Shown here: in pieces, positions 26,777 through 35,744 of the stretch
Position numbering within the stretch: the first letter of the stretch is position 1
Layout: the number at the start of each line of letters is the position of its first letter
Source of the DNA: Chloroflexota bacterium
GTDB taxonomy: Bacteria; Chloroflexota; Dehalococcoidia; Lucifugimonadales; JADFKI01
DNA: 40,355 nucleotides
Reading direction: 5' to 3'
NCBI GenBank assembly: GCA_022565015.1
Contig: JADFKI010000001.1
Coordinates: 1 to 40,355, forward strand
Notes under the pieces: model-generated
Told to the model about the DNA's origin: nothing
What the model saw: the letters and a program-made list of their open reading frames with translations, nothing else
Databases searched by the model: none
Made by a program: the position numbers and the translations under genes

Positions 26777-27157
26777 ATGGCCAAGCTCGGCGAGAGTGCG
26801 TTAAAACTTTTGACCGAGGGCAAAAACGTGGCGACGGTCGCTACCATCATGCCCGACGGGTCTCCCCAGTCCACTGCCGTCTGGATCGATTCCGACGGAG
26901 AGCATGTAATATTCAACACGGCGGAGGGCAGGGTGAAGACCGAGAACCTGCGCAGGGACCCGCGCGTCGCGATCACCGTGTGGGACGCCGACAACCCCTT
27001 TGCGCAGGCATCAATGCGCGGGCGCGTCGTGGAGATGACCACTGAAGGCGCGGACGCGCACATCGACAAGCTCGCCAAGAAATACGTGGGCGTCGACTCC
27101 TATACCCTGCGGCGACCCGATGAGCAGAGGGTAATAGTCAAGAAAGAGGTCGACTAG
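26777..27157 (+). CDS. PPOX-class (pyridoxamine 5'-phosphate oxidase fold) probable F420-dependent oxidoreductase
   Basis: 126 aa. The pattern ...VATVATIMPDGSPQSTAVW...VIFNTAEGRVKTENLRRDPRVAITV... is typical of the small PPOX/F420 family. Confidence 0.8.
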   Translation: MAKLGESALKLLTEGKNVATVATIMPDGSPQSTAVWIDSDGEHVIFNTAEGRVKTENLRRDPRVAITVWDADNPFAQASMRGRVVEMTTEGADAHIDKLAKKYVGVDSYTLRRPDEQRVIVKKEVD

Positions 27158-27231
27158 CGGATGCGCCATTCATCCATATTCAGAGAAACTTCTCTTGTTT
27201 TTACGGAGGCCGGCCCGCCGGGAAGCACTGG

Positions 27232-28179
27232 ATGCTGAGGTTCTTTCGACGGGAAGGGCACGAAAAGGAAAAGACGGAGCAGGCTGTAAAGAGATCGCGC
27301 CAGACCTGGTTTGGCCGGGTTTCCGGCCTCTTCCAACGGGGCAGCCTGGACGACGAGATTTGGGACGAGCTGGAAGAGATACTAATTTCGGCCGACGTGG
27401 GGGTCGCCACCAGCGCCAAGCTGCTTGACGCGCTCCGGCAGCGAATCAGGGACGAACGCATCTCCGACCCGCAGGAGGCGTTGCGGCTTCTGAAGGACGA
27501 GATGGTCAGTCTCGTGAGCGTGGAAGATGCCGAGAACGCCCTCGCCGTGGACGAACCTCCCCTGGTCATCCTCGTAGTCGGAGTAAACGGCGTGGGCAAG
27601 ACCACGAGCATAGCCAAACTGGCCAACAGCTACAAGGAGTCCGGGAGCAAGGTGATTCTGGGCGCGGCCGACACGTTCAGGGCCGCCGCCATCGAGCAGC
27701 TTCAGATGTGGGGTGAGAGGCTCGATGTAGACGTGATCGCGCACCAGTCGGGCGCCGATCCCGGCGCAGTGGCCTTCGATACGCTGCAAGCCGCAAGGTC
27801 ACGCGGCGCCGACGTTGTCATCATAGACACCGCCGGGAGACTCCACACGAAGCTCAACCTCATGGAAGAGCTCAAGAAGATCCAACGGGTCCTCGCCAAT
27901 CAGGGAGCTGAATCCCAGCGGGTAATCCTCGCCCTGGACGCGACGACGGGCCAGAACGGACTCATGCAGGCGCGGTCGTTCGTCGATGCCGTGGACTGCG
28001 ACGGCGTGTTCCTGGCCAAGCTGGACGGCACGGCCAAGGGCGGCGTCGTCTTTTCGATCGCCGACGAGCTGGACCTGCCGGTGCTCTACATCGGCACGGG
28101 CGAGCAGCCCGACGACATCGTCCAGTTTAACCCCGAGGAGTTCGTGAACGCCCTGCTTTCGCCGGAAGACGAGGACTGA
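27232..28179 (+). CDS. ftsY: Signal recognition particle receptor FtsY
   Basis: NG domain: GVNGVGKTTSIAKLA (G1), DTAGR (G3), KLDGTAKGG (G4). There is only a short N-terminal region and no long acidic A domain. Confidence 0.95.
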   Translation: MLRFFRREGHEKEKTEQAVKRSRQTWFGRVSGLFQRGSLDDEIWDELEEILISADVGVATSAKLLDALRQRIRDERISDPQEALRLLKDEMVSLVSVEDAENALAVDEPPLVILVVGVNGVGKTTSIAKLANSYKESGSKVILGAADTFRAAAIEQLQMWGERLDVDVIAHQSGADPGAVAFDTLQAARSRGADVVIIDTAGRLHTKLNLMEELKKIQRVLANQGAESQRVILALDATTGQNGLMQARSFVDAVDCDGVFLAKLDGTAKGGVVFSIADELDLPVLYIGTGEQPDDIVQFNPEEFVNALLSPEDED

Positions 28180-28232
28180 CCTCAGTTCACGGCCAGGCCG
28201 GCCCTCCAGAGTCCGCTCGTTAAGAGCCCCCG

Positions 28233-28278
28233 CTCCATGCGGTATACTTCGTAGGCCCGAAAAATGACCCGCATGGAG
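28233..28278 (+). promoter_or_regulatory. 10-bp hairpin overlapping the SD of the RraA-like gene
   Basis: ctccatgcgg (28233-28242) pairs perfectly with ccgcatggag (28269-28278). The right arm contains GGAG of the GGAGGG SD, 5 nt before TTG 28286. Confidence 0.4.
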
Positions 28279-28285
28279 GGAGCAA

Positions 28286-29092
28286 TTGAAGCTGACCGAC
28301 CCCGACCTCATCCGAAGCATAACCGGCGAGTGGACCGGCGAGCGCGACGACAACGGCAGGCCCCTTGTCCCCGCAGACATCCTCGACCGCATGGAGCTCG
28401 TGACGACCGAGGAGGCCTGGGGAATACTCCGCAGACACGGCTACCACCACAGCTTCGCCGGCGGCTGGAAGATACTCCACGAAGATAAGACCCTGGTCGG
28501 CCGGGCGGTCACATGCCGGTTCGTTCCCAAGCGACAGGACCTCGACGACGCAGTCTCAAGCGTCGGCGAAAGCGAAGGCCGCGTCGGCGGGCAGAACTCG
28601 TGGGTCATCGACGAGCTCAAGAGGGACGATGTAATCGTCGTCGACCTGTTCGGCAAAGTCCGTGACGGGACCTTTGCCGGAGACAACCTCTCGACGGCCA
28701 TCAAGGCCAACACGGACCGAGGCATGGTGATAGAGGGCGCCATCCGCGACACCCAGCGCATCCTTCAGCTGGAGGGCTTCAACGCCTTCGTGAGGGAGTT
28801 CGACCCGACGGCGATAGCAGACGTGACCCTGGCCGAGATCAACGGCGTCATTCGCATCGATCAGGCGACCTGTCTGCCGGGCGACGTCGTCCTGGGCACG
28901 GTGGAGGGCGTCATATTCATCCCGCCGCACCTGGCTTTGGAGGTCGTCGAGCACTCGGAGCGCACGCGGCTTCGCGACGAGTTCGGTCAGCAGCGCATCC
29001 GCGAGGGGATATACACCGCCGGCGAGGTCGACCGCCCCTTCAGCGATGCCATGGAGCGCGACTACGACCAGTGGCTGTCCGCGCGGGGGTAG
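28286..29092 (+). CDS. RraA family protein (RraA / HMG-CHA aldolase-like fold)
   Basis: GRAVTCRF..., FAGDNLSTAIKANTDRGMVIEGAIRD, and PGDVVLGTVEGVIFIPP match the RraA-family core. There is an N-terminal extension of about 35 aa. Confidence 0.8.
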   Translation: MKLTDPDLIRSITGEWTGERDDNGRPLVPADILDRMELVTTEEAWGILRRHGYHHSFAGGWKILHEDKTLVGRAVTCRFVPKRQDLDDAVSSVGESEGRVGGQNSWVIDELKRDDVIVVDLFGKVRDGTFAGDNLSTAIKANTDRGMVIEGAIRDTQRILQLEGFNAFVREFDPTAIADVTLAEINGVIRIDQATCLPGDVVLGTVEGVIFIPPHLALEVVEHSERTRLRDEFGQQRIREGIYTAGEVDRPFSDAMERDYDQWLSARG

Positions 29093-29239
29093 AAGGGTAT
29101 TCCCTGGAAATCCTCTTTATTTAGAAAAGCAGATACCAGCATACTACGGCCGGCGAAGCTTCTCTTGCTAGGTGTCTCTTTTCCCATTCTGTCCATCTGT
29201 AAAATTAAGTTGCATAGAAAAGTCCCTTAAGGTGAAACG

Positions 29240-29482
29240 ATGAGCGCTAAGGACACTCTGGACAAACTCGTAGACTTTCTTGAAGAGAATGAAGCAGACG
29301 AGGCCGCAAAATTTGTCTCGTATCTTATCTACCTTAGAGATCCGGTCTTAAGGGCGTTACGAGAAGCTCCTGAAGATGATGAGCCTGAGACCGAAGAAGA
29401 ACGAACAGCCATGATGGAGGCCTACGAAGATCTGAAGTCCGGGAACATTATTCCATCGGACAAGATCCTCGATGAGATTTAG
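29240..29482 (+). CDS. Putative antitoxin of the adjacent RelE/ParE toxin
   Basis: 80 aa, acidic. AGGTGA SD upstream. It overlaps the toxin start by 11 nt and lies in a lower-GC islet. Confidence 0.6.
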   Translation: MSAKDTLDKLVDFLEENEADEAAKFVSYLIYLRDPVLRALREAPEDDEPETEEERTAMMEAYEDLKSGNIIPSDKILDEI

Positions 29483-29741
29483 GAACTGGCGACTCTTTTA
29501 CACGAGGAGGGCAGAGAGAGACCTTCGGAATTTGGAAAGTGTCATCGCTTCAAGGGTCACAAGAGCTATCGACTATCTTGTTAACGAGGGGGCAAGAGGC
29601 GACGTCAGACGAGTCCAGGGGCATGACGATGAATGGCGACTGCGAGTAGGGAGCTGGAGGGTCAGGTTCACTGCAAATTTCGAAGAACGCTCCATAATCA
29701 TTCTACGCATCCTCCACAGGGGGGCGGCCTATCGTAATTAG
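29472..29741 (+). CDS. Type II toxin, RelE/ParE superfamily
   Basis: WRLFYTRRAERDLRNL... WRLRVGSWRVRF... IIILRILHRGAAY is the standard RelE/ParE pattern. Confidence 0.8.
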   Translation: MRFRNWRLFYTRRAERDLRNLESVIASRVTRAIDYLVNEGARGDVRRVQGHDDEWRLRVGSWRVRFTANFEERSIIILRILHRGAAYRN

Positions 29742-29816
29742 AAACGAATTAAATACCTAAATCTACGGCCCCAGGACACATCCCTTCCGCGCCTTGGGTA
29801 CGTATATAATTGAGCA

Positions 29817-32144
29817 ATGCTCAATGCCTTCTGGTGGCTGATCACGGCCGAGGCCGTCGGTCTCGCCGCTTTCCCACTGGCATACTTCCTCTTTCCGCGT
29901 CTGAAAGACCGGGGCTACAGCGTCAGCAAGCCCCTGGGCATCCTGTTCGTCGCGTACGCCTCCTGGATTCTCAGCCTGCTGCATATCTTGCCCAGCGTGC
30001 GCATCACGATCATCGCCCTGCTGCTGGTCATGGGCGTCGCCTCGGCCTGGTACGCGTACCGCCACCGCCGGGACATGGTGGACTTCGTGCGAGCAGAATG
30101 GCGCGCCATCGCCGTGGCGGAGGCCGTATTTCTCGCCTTCTTCATAGGCTGGGCCATATTCCGGGCCTTCGACCCCTTCATCAACCACACCGAGCAGCCC
30201 ATGGACTTCGCGTTCTTCAACGCGGTCATAAATTCGCAGCTCGGCTCGCCGGAAGACCCGTGGCTGAGGGGCGAGTCCGTCAGCTACTACTACTTCGGCT
30301 ACTGGATGATGGGTTTGCTGAGCCAGCTTACCGGCGTGGCCTCTCAGGTCTCCTTCAACCTCTCGCTGGCGCTGATTCCCGCTATGTCCGCGATGGGCCT
30401 GTTCGGCATCGTTTACAATCTCGTGCGGTCGGACGCCGGGCGACGCAGCTACGCGTACGCCGGGGGCATCGCCGCGGCGCTGTTCATGGGTATCGTGGCC
30501 AACCTCGAAGGCGTGCTGGAGTTCATGCGCGCCAACGGCATCGGCTCGGCGGGCTTCTGGGACTGGGTGCGCATCGACGGGCTGAGCAGCGAACTGCCCA
30601 CCGTCGCCGAAAGCTGGAGGCCGGAGGAGTTCTGGTGGTGGTTCAGGTCCACCCGAATCATCAACACCTTCGACGGCGACGTTGGCATCGACTACACGAT
30701 CCAGGAGTTTCCGTTTTTCAGCTTCATCCTGGGGGACCTGCACCCCCACGTGATGGCCATTCCCTTCGCAATCCTCTTCATGGCCTTCGCCTTTAACTTC
30801 CTCAAGTCGCCGATACATGATTGGCGCAATCTCAATCCGAGGACGTACATTACACTGTTCGTGACGGGCCTCGCACTGGGCGGCCTGGCGTTCACCAACA
30901 TGTGGGACTTCCCGACGTACGCGACGCTCTTTCTGGGCATCGCAGCCCTGAAGACCTATCGGGCCAGGGGCGGAGGACTCTCTACCCTTGCCAGGGGCGT
31001 AATCCCCGTAGGCGCACTGGTGATCGGCACCGCGGTACTGCTCTTCTTGCCTTACTACCTGACCTTTCGGGCCAGCGTCACGGGAATCGGCGCAGTGGAG
31101 ACTGCAACGAGGCCGGTCCACTTCCTGCTAATCTGGTCGCTTTTCTTTGTGGCCGTTACGCCGTTTCTTCTGACGACGTTCTGGAGGTCCACCGTAGGAG
31201 AGGACTGGCGAAGGGTCTCGATATTCGCACTTCTCATCGCCTTTTCCCCCTGGCTGGTATGGGCGGTGGTAAGCCTGTTCGGAGGAGGGGGCCTCGGAGA
31301 CGTCATCGGCAGATTCTTCAAGATCTTGCCTCTGGCCCTCCTAATAGCCATCGGAGTCTACAACGCGATGTGGCTCATGAAGCAGGAGGGCCCCAGCGGC
31401 AGGCTTTTCGCGACTGTTCTCGCCGTGTTGGGTGTGTTCCTTATTCTAGGGCCGGAGCTGCTTTACATCAGGGACTCCTTTGACTCCCGCATGAACACCA
31501 TCTTCAAGCTCTACTACCAGTCATGGATTCTTCTGGCCGCAGCGTCGGGGTTCGCCATTTACTACTGGCGGTCGCTGAGGATATCCCTCCTCGGTTGGCG
31601 CCGCTCGCTGACGACCCTCTGGGCCGCTGCGTTCGCTTTTTTGCTATTGGGCTCTCTGTACTATCCGCCCGCCGCCGGCGTATCGAAGAGCGAGCTGACA
31701 CTCGAAAACGCGACGCTGGACGGCCTGTCGTTCGTGCGCCGCAACCCGCGGATGGAGGCGGAGCACGCCGCGATAAACTACGTCAAGGAGAATGTGGGCA
31801 GGGACTCCGCGGTCCTCGAGGCAGTCGGCGAATGGTTCGATTGGGGCCTGGTCTCGCGAAGCACGGGCGTGCCGACGATTTTGAACTGGCCCGGACACGA
31901 AATGCAGTGGCGGGGCGGGTCCGAGTCCTTCGAGGGTCGTGAAAGCGATGTGGAACGCATATACATGACCACCGACGCGGTGGAGGCGAAGAACCTGCTT
32001 GCCAAGTATGACGTAGACTACGTATATATAGGGCCGCGAGAGCGGGAAAAATATGGCCTGGAAGGGTTGGACAAGTTCGAATCGTTCATGGAGCCCGTCT
32101 TCAATCGGGACGACGTGATCATCTACAGGTTGAAGCAGCAGTGA
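29817..32144 (+). CDS. DUF2298 / Chlor_Arch_YYY polytopic membrane protein (GT-C-like)
   Basis: 775 aa and strongly hydrophobic. Contains HTEQPMDFAFFNA and the hallmark SYYYFGY (30285-30293), with a soluble C-terminal domain. Confidence 0.85.
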   Translation: MLNAFWWLITAEAVGLAAFPLAYFLFPRLKDRGYSVSKPLGILFVAYASWILSLLHILPSVRITIIALLLVMGVASAWYAYRHRRDMVDFVRAEWRAIAVAEAVFLAFFIGWAIFRAFDPFINHTEQPMDFAFFNAVINSQLGSPEDPWLRGESVSYYYFGYWMMGLLSQLTGVASQVSFNLSLALIPAMSAMGLFGIVYNLVRSDAGRRSYAYAGGIAAALFMGIVANLEGVLEFMRANGIGSAGFWDWVRIDGLSSELPTVAESWRPEEFWWWFRSTRIINTFDGDVGIDYTIQEFPFFSFILGDLHPHVMAIPFAILFMAFAFNFLKSPIHDWRNLNPRTYITLFVTGLALGGLAFTNMWDFPTYATLFLGIAALKTYRARGGGLSTLARGVIPVGALVIGTAVLLFLPYYLTFRASVTGIGAVETATRPVHFLLIWSLFFVAVTPFLLTTFWRSTVGEDWRRVSIFALLIAFSPWLVWAVVSLFGGGGLGDVIGRFFKILPLALLIAIGVYNAMWLMKQEGPSGRLFATVLAVLGVFLILGPELLYIRDSFDSRMNTIFKLYYQSWILLAAASGFAIYYWRSLRISLLGWRRSLTTLWAAAFAFLLLGSLYYPPAAGVSKSELTLENATLDGLSFVRRNPRMEAEHAAINYVKENVGRDSAVLEAVGEWFDWGLVSRSTGVPTILNWPGHEMQWRGGSESFEGRESDVERIYMTTDAVEAKNLLAKYDVDYVYIGPREREKYGLEGLDKFESFMEPVFNRDDVIIYRLKQQ

Positions 32145-32173
32145 CCCCGCAAATTGGCGGCCATGAGGTCGTT

Positions 32174-32210
32174 ACCCCCTTTTTAATTCTCTCCTTTTTT
32201 TAGGGGAGAA
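32174..32210 (-). repeat. Hairpin-plus-tail repeat, copy 7 (inverted orientation)
   Basis: The reverse complement reads ttctcccc / taaaaaaa / ggagagaa, then ttaaaa, then AGGGGGT. The stem has one G-U pair. Confidence 0.6.
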
Positions 32211-32243
32211 GACTTCACGTACATCATAGTAAAGGAGCGTCGG

Positions 32244-32285
32244 ATGTTCCGGAGTACCGGCAGTAATCACGTGATGACGGACTGA
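32244..32285 (+). CDS. Candidate 13-codon upstream ORF coupled to the TIGR03663-like gene
   Basis: AAAGGAG lies 6 nt before ATG 32244 (MFRSTGSNHVMTD). Its TGA (32283-32285) overlaps the downstream ATG (32285-32287) as TGATG. Confidence 0.3.
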   Translation: MFRSTGSNHVMTD

Positions 32286-34525
32286 TGGCGACTGGGCAGA
32301 CAATATCAGATGAGCAGCCACGATCGCTTCTGAGCCGTCTGTTCCCATGGGCGGGCAGAGGCCTTGGTTCCGCAGACGACGGCACGGGGCGGAGTCTCGG
32401 CACGCGATGGTGGGAGTGGACGAGCTACGGCGTGCTGCTGGCCATCGCCCTGGGCATGCGTCTATGGGACCTGGGCTCGCGGGCAATTCACCACGACGAG
32501 AGCCTTCACTCCTTCTACTCCTGGCAGCTATCCGACGGCATGGGATTCGTGCACAATCCCATGATGCACGGCCCACTTCAGTTCGAGGCGAACGCCGCCA
32601 TATTCCTTGTCTTGGGCGACACCGATTATACGTCTCGTCTACTCTACGCGGTCGTCGGGACTGCGCTCGTCCTCCTACCCTTCTTCTTCCGAGAGCGGCT
32701 CGGCCGACCGGGAGCCATATTCGTCTCCGGGATGCTGGCGTTCTCGCCGTCCCTGCTCTACTTCAGCAGGTTCGCGCGCAACGACATCCTGATGGCGGCG
32801 TGGACGCTGGGACTGGTGATATGCATCTGGCGCTACATGGACGAGGGCCGGAACCGTTACCTTTATGTATCGGCCGTGCTACTGGCCCTCGCGTTCTCGA
32901 CCAAGGAGACCTCATATCTCGTAACGGCCATGTTCAGCCTCTACCTGGCCTTTATCGTGCTGCCTATTTACTGGAGCCGGATTTCCCAGAGGGTCGAGGT
33001 GAAGATCGGCGAGTCGTCGCCCCCGGCGGCCATTGGCAGGGTAATCTCCACCACCTGGTCCTATTTCCAGAACGGATTCAAGCTCTCGGAGCTCAACAGG
33101 CCCGGCGCCTTCCTGCTGGTTCTCGTAACACTCACGCTCCCACTGTGGTCGGCGGCGGTAAGCATCTTCCAGGACACGGCTCTGCTGCGCTGGACCAACC
33201 TGACGCTGGTGAACCCGGAAGGCGTCAGCCCGATAGGCGCCGCATCCGGCGGCGGAATGGTAATAGCCGCCCTGGTAGTAATCGCGTTTTCAGCGGTGTC
33301 GATCATTGCGGGGGCCAAGTGGCGCTGGGGGGTCTGGTGGCGCTGCGCCGTTATCTTCTACACCATCTGGGTGCTGCTCTATACGACCTTCCTGACGAAC
33401 ATCGATGGCATAGGCTCCGGGGTCTGGCAAGGGCTCGGCTATTGGATAGCGCAGCAGGACGTCGCCCGCGGCAGTCAGCCCTTCTACTACTACCTGGTGA
33501 TAACGCCGGTTTACGAGTTCCTGCCGTTGTTGTTCGGCATCGTCGCGTCGGTCTACTACGTCCGAAAGCGCGACCGGTTCGGCATTTTTTTGGCTTTTTG
33601 GTCCGGTCTAACATTTTTGCTGTACACGCTGGCCACCGAGAAGATGCCCTGGCTCCTGGTCAATATCACGGTGCCTCTGATAGTTATATCAGGGCGGTTT
33701 CTGGGAGAGCTGGTCGAATCGATTCAGTGGCGAATCCTCATACGCAGCGGCGCAGTCCTGGCCATAGTCGGCGTGCCTCTGTTCATTCTTGCCCTGTGGC
33801 AGCTTGCCTTCTTCGAGTTCGATGGTGCGTTAGCGCTTGAAATTCCGATGTTCATAGGACTTCTCATTGGGTTGGGCGCGCTGGCTGCCGGCGGAGTTTT
33901 TCTGGCTCGTCGCTCAGGGCGGAGGAATTTCGTCTCCTTTGCCGCGGTGCCCCTCGCGCTGATGTTGCTCGTGTTGACTGTCAGAACGGGCGTCATCGCA
34001 AGCTACAAAAATGGCGACACGCCGGTCGAGATGCTGGTCTATACACAGACCTCGCCCGACATCACACGCCTGATGAAGCAGTTCAGGGAAGCGGCCGGCG
34101 AAGGCGACCAACAGGCAAAGCTTCCCATAACCATCGATCAGACCAGCGGATTCACGTGGCCGTGGGCCTGGTACCTCAGGGGGTACGAGAGGGTCGACTA
34201 CCCATCCTACGCGGGCACTCCACTGGAGGAGCCTCCGGACACGCCCGTTGTGCTCGTCCATTCCCAGAACCGGTCCGACGCCGACCTGGTCCTGGAGAAG
34301 GATTTCACCGATGGGGAGCTGATAAAGCATCGCTGGTGGTTCCCGGAAAGCACGTATCGAGGACTTACAATCGGCAAGGTCATCAGGGGCGCCGTAGACA
34401 GGCAGACCTGGCGCGCCGCCATGGACTATTGGCTCTACAGGGAGGGCGTTAGGGACCGCATAGGCAGCGAAGACGCCTACGTCTACTTTACCGCCGAATT
34501 CCTGGATGGCTTATCCGGGCCCTAG
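32285..34525 (+). CDS. TIGR03663-like polytopic membrane protein (PMT/ArnT-like GT-C glycosyltransferase N-terminus)
   Basis: 746 aa. Has the DE dipeptide (HHDES, 32495-32500) and the HGP tripeptide (MMHGP, 32567-32575) described as family invariants, plus many TM segments. Confidence 0.8.
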   Translation: MATGQTISDEQPRSLLSRLFPWAGRGLGSADDGTGRSLGTRWWEWTSYGVLLAIALGMRLWDLGSRAIHHDESLHSFYSWQLSDGMGFVHNPMMHGPLQFEANAAIFLVLGDTDYTSRLLYAVVGTALVLLPFFFRERLGRPGAIFVSGMLAFSPSLLYFSRFARNDILMAAWTLGLVICIWRYMDEGRNRYLYVSAVLLALAFSTKETSYLVTAMFSLYLAFIVLPIYWSRISQRVEVKIGESSPPAAIGRVISTTWSYFQNGFKLSELNRPGAFLLVLVTLTLPLWSAAVSIFQDTALLRWTNLTLVNPEGVSPIGAASGGGMVIAALVVIAFSAVSIIAGAKWRWGVWWRCAVIFYTIWVLLYTTFLTNIDGIGSGVWQGLGYWIAQQDVARGSQPFYYYLVITPVYEFLPLLFGIVASVYYVRKRDRFGIFLAFWSGLTFLLYTLATEKMPWLLVNITVPLIVISGRFLGELVESIQWRILIRSGAVLAIVGVPLFILALWQLAFFEFDGALALEIPMFIGLLIGLGALAAGGVFLARRSGRRNFVSFAAVPLALMLLVLTVRTGVIASYKNGDTPVEMLVYTQTSPDITRLMKQFREAAGEGDQQAKLPITIDQTSGFTWPWAWYLRGYERVDYPSYAGTPLEEPPDTPVVLVHSQNRSDADLVLEKDFTDGELIKHRWWFPESTYRGLTIGKVIRGAVDRQTWRAAMDYWLYREGVRDRIGSEDAYVYFTAEFLDGLSGP

Positions 34526-34628
34526 CTCATCATCCTGGGGTTCCGCGCGGATTGACCCTCAACTATTGCCCCTGAATCCCGATGTCGTTGACCCACCGTT
34601 GTGCTAAGGTTTTTGCAGGAGAACCCAA

Positions 34629-35741
34629 TTGGTCGGCTCAAAGAAAATCTGGATGGGCATCGCCGTCAGCCTGGCGTTTCTGGCCCTGTTCCTGGCTACC
34701 GTGGACATTGGCCGCATGGCCGACTCGATCGCAGGGGCCAACTACGTTCTGCTGATACCCGCCATCGGACTATATCTCGTATCCGTCCTGTTTCGAACGT
34801 TCCGCTGGCAGGTGCTGCTTCGGCACATGCGCCACGTGAGCGTGCGCCGTCTTTACCCCGTCGTCGTAGTCGGCTACATGGCCAACAACCTGCTTCCGAT
34901 GAGGCTAGGCGAGGTCGTGCGAAGCTACTACGTCGGCGAGCGCGAGGGCATCAGCAAGACTTCCGCGCTCGTTACGATACTCATAGAGCGGGTCCTGGAC
35001 GCGCTGACGCTACTCTTTTTCATCGCCGTGATCGCCATATTCGTCCCGTTGTCCGGCCTGGCCGAAGGCCTGGCCGAAAGCTCCGGCTTCGCTTGGCCCC
35101 TGCTTGTCATAGGGTTGAGCGCGCCATTCGTCATCGCATTTGGTACGCTTTTGCTAATCGCGGCCTTTCCCAAAAATTCGAGGGCCGTGGCCTTCATATT
35201 GCTCAGGCCGCTTCCGGAAAGATTCGGGGCCCCCGCCCGCGATCTCATCGAGTTCTTGCTGCACGGTCTGATACCGCTGAGAAGCCCGCGCACCCTGGGC
35301 GGCCTGTTTCTGCTGTCGCTGCCCATCTGGCTCTTCGAGGCTTCACTATTCTTCGTGATCGGAATCTCGTTCGGCCTTCAGGAGTCGTTCGCCGGCCTGG
35401 GACAGATGGCCGTGGCCATGGTGCTGGTGACGTCCATTGCCAACATCGGAAGCTCGATTCCAGGCGCGCCGGGCGGCATAGGCCTGTTTGAGATTATCGC
35501 CAGAGAGACCCTGGTCTTGCTTCCCTTCGCGGTCGTGGACAGGTCCGTGGCCGCCGGCTTTGCCGCCGTATCGCACGTCGCGCTGCTTCTGCCGATGATA
35601 GTGTTGGGCCAGGTATTCCTGTGGGCTGGGCACATCTCACTGGGTCGTCTCTCCAGGGCGGGCAAGGACGCAGGCAGGACGACGGATTCGCCGCAATCCC
35701 AGGAATCCGGAACGCTGGGCCAACCCCTTGCCGAGGACTGA
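34629..35741 (+). CDS. UPF0104 / LPG-synthase-TM 'flippase-like' membrane protein
   Basis: 370 aa. FRTFRWQVLL... and YMANNLLPMRLGEVVR are typical of this family. TTG start with AGGAG upstream. Confidence 0.8.
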   Translation: MVGSKKIWMGIAVSLAFLALFLATVDIGRMADSIAGANYVLLIPAIGLYLVSVLFRTFRWQVLLRHMRHVSVRRLYPVVVVGYMANNLLPMRLGEVVRSYYVGEREGISKTSALVTILIERVLDALTLLFFIAVIAIFVPLSGLAEGLAESSGFAWPLLVIGLSAPFVIAFGTLLLIAAFPKNSRAVAFILLRPLPERFGAPARDLIEFLLHGLIPLRSPRTLGGLFLLSLPIWLFEASLFFVIGISFGLQESFAGLGQMAVAMVLVTSIANIGSSIPGAPGGIGLFEIIARETLVLLPFAVVDRSVAAGFAAVSHVALLLPMIVLGQVFLWAGHISLGRLSRAGKDAGRTTDSPQSQESGTLGQPLAED

Positions 35742-35744
35742 GAT

